Below are positions 63,989 through 64,000 of a DNA stretch of 64,000 nucleotides, piece after piece; the first letter of the stretch is position 1; the number at the start of each line of letters is the position of its first letter. Made by a program: the position numbers and the translations under genes. Source of the DNA: Auanema rhodensis (lineage: Eukaryota > Animalia > Nematoda); NCBI GenBank assembly GCA_964057225.1, contig OZ059898.1, positions 4,154,001-4,218,000 on the forward strand, read 5' to 3'. The notes under the pieces were generated by a model. It was not told the origin of the DNA. It was given only the letters and a program-made list of their open reading frames with translations, and made no database searches.

Positions 63989-64000
63989 CTTAAATAAAAA

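Noticed and set aside
1-64000. Telomeric TTAGGC arrays or DNA-elimination break sites, tRNA/rRNA/SL RNA genes, CRISPR arrays
   Set aside because: Only isolated TTAGGC hexamers were seen and no recognisable structural RNA gene. The DNA is eukaryotic and has no repeat-spacer array.

Overview
AT-rich eukaryotic DNA from a rhabditid (clade V-type) nematode. This is inferred from roughly 41-55 nt introns, trans-splice-like acceptors directly before ATGs, operon spacing and close similarity to C. elegans proteins. I reconstructed spliced genes by hand. Left to right: GMF (+); dachshund dac-1 (-); a three-gene operon-like cluster cox-6B > NDUFC2 > TBCC (-), head-to-head with lig-4 (+); the Hox gene lin-39 (-) in about 16 kb of regulatory DNA; alkb-8 (+); a 19-kb rimb-1 gene (+); a white/ABCG transporter (-); two small hydrophobic ORFs (-); an orphan with UBA-like motifs (+); and the last exon of a DCAF4/WDR21-like gene (-). 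The most notable observations concern lin-39: no neighbouring Hox gene, a Helitron-like element carrying CCAAT and GT boxes about 400 bp upstream, and a candidate in-phase alternative last exon with a CtBP-like PVDL motif. Also notable are relaxed splice signals in the short introns (AAG/GAG acceptors, GC donors) and 4-6 nt start-codon micro-exons. No database searches were possible; orthologue comparisons are from memory.
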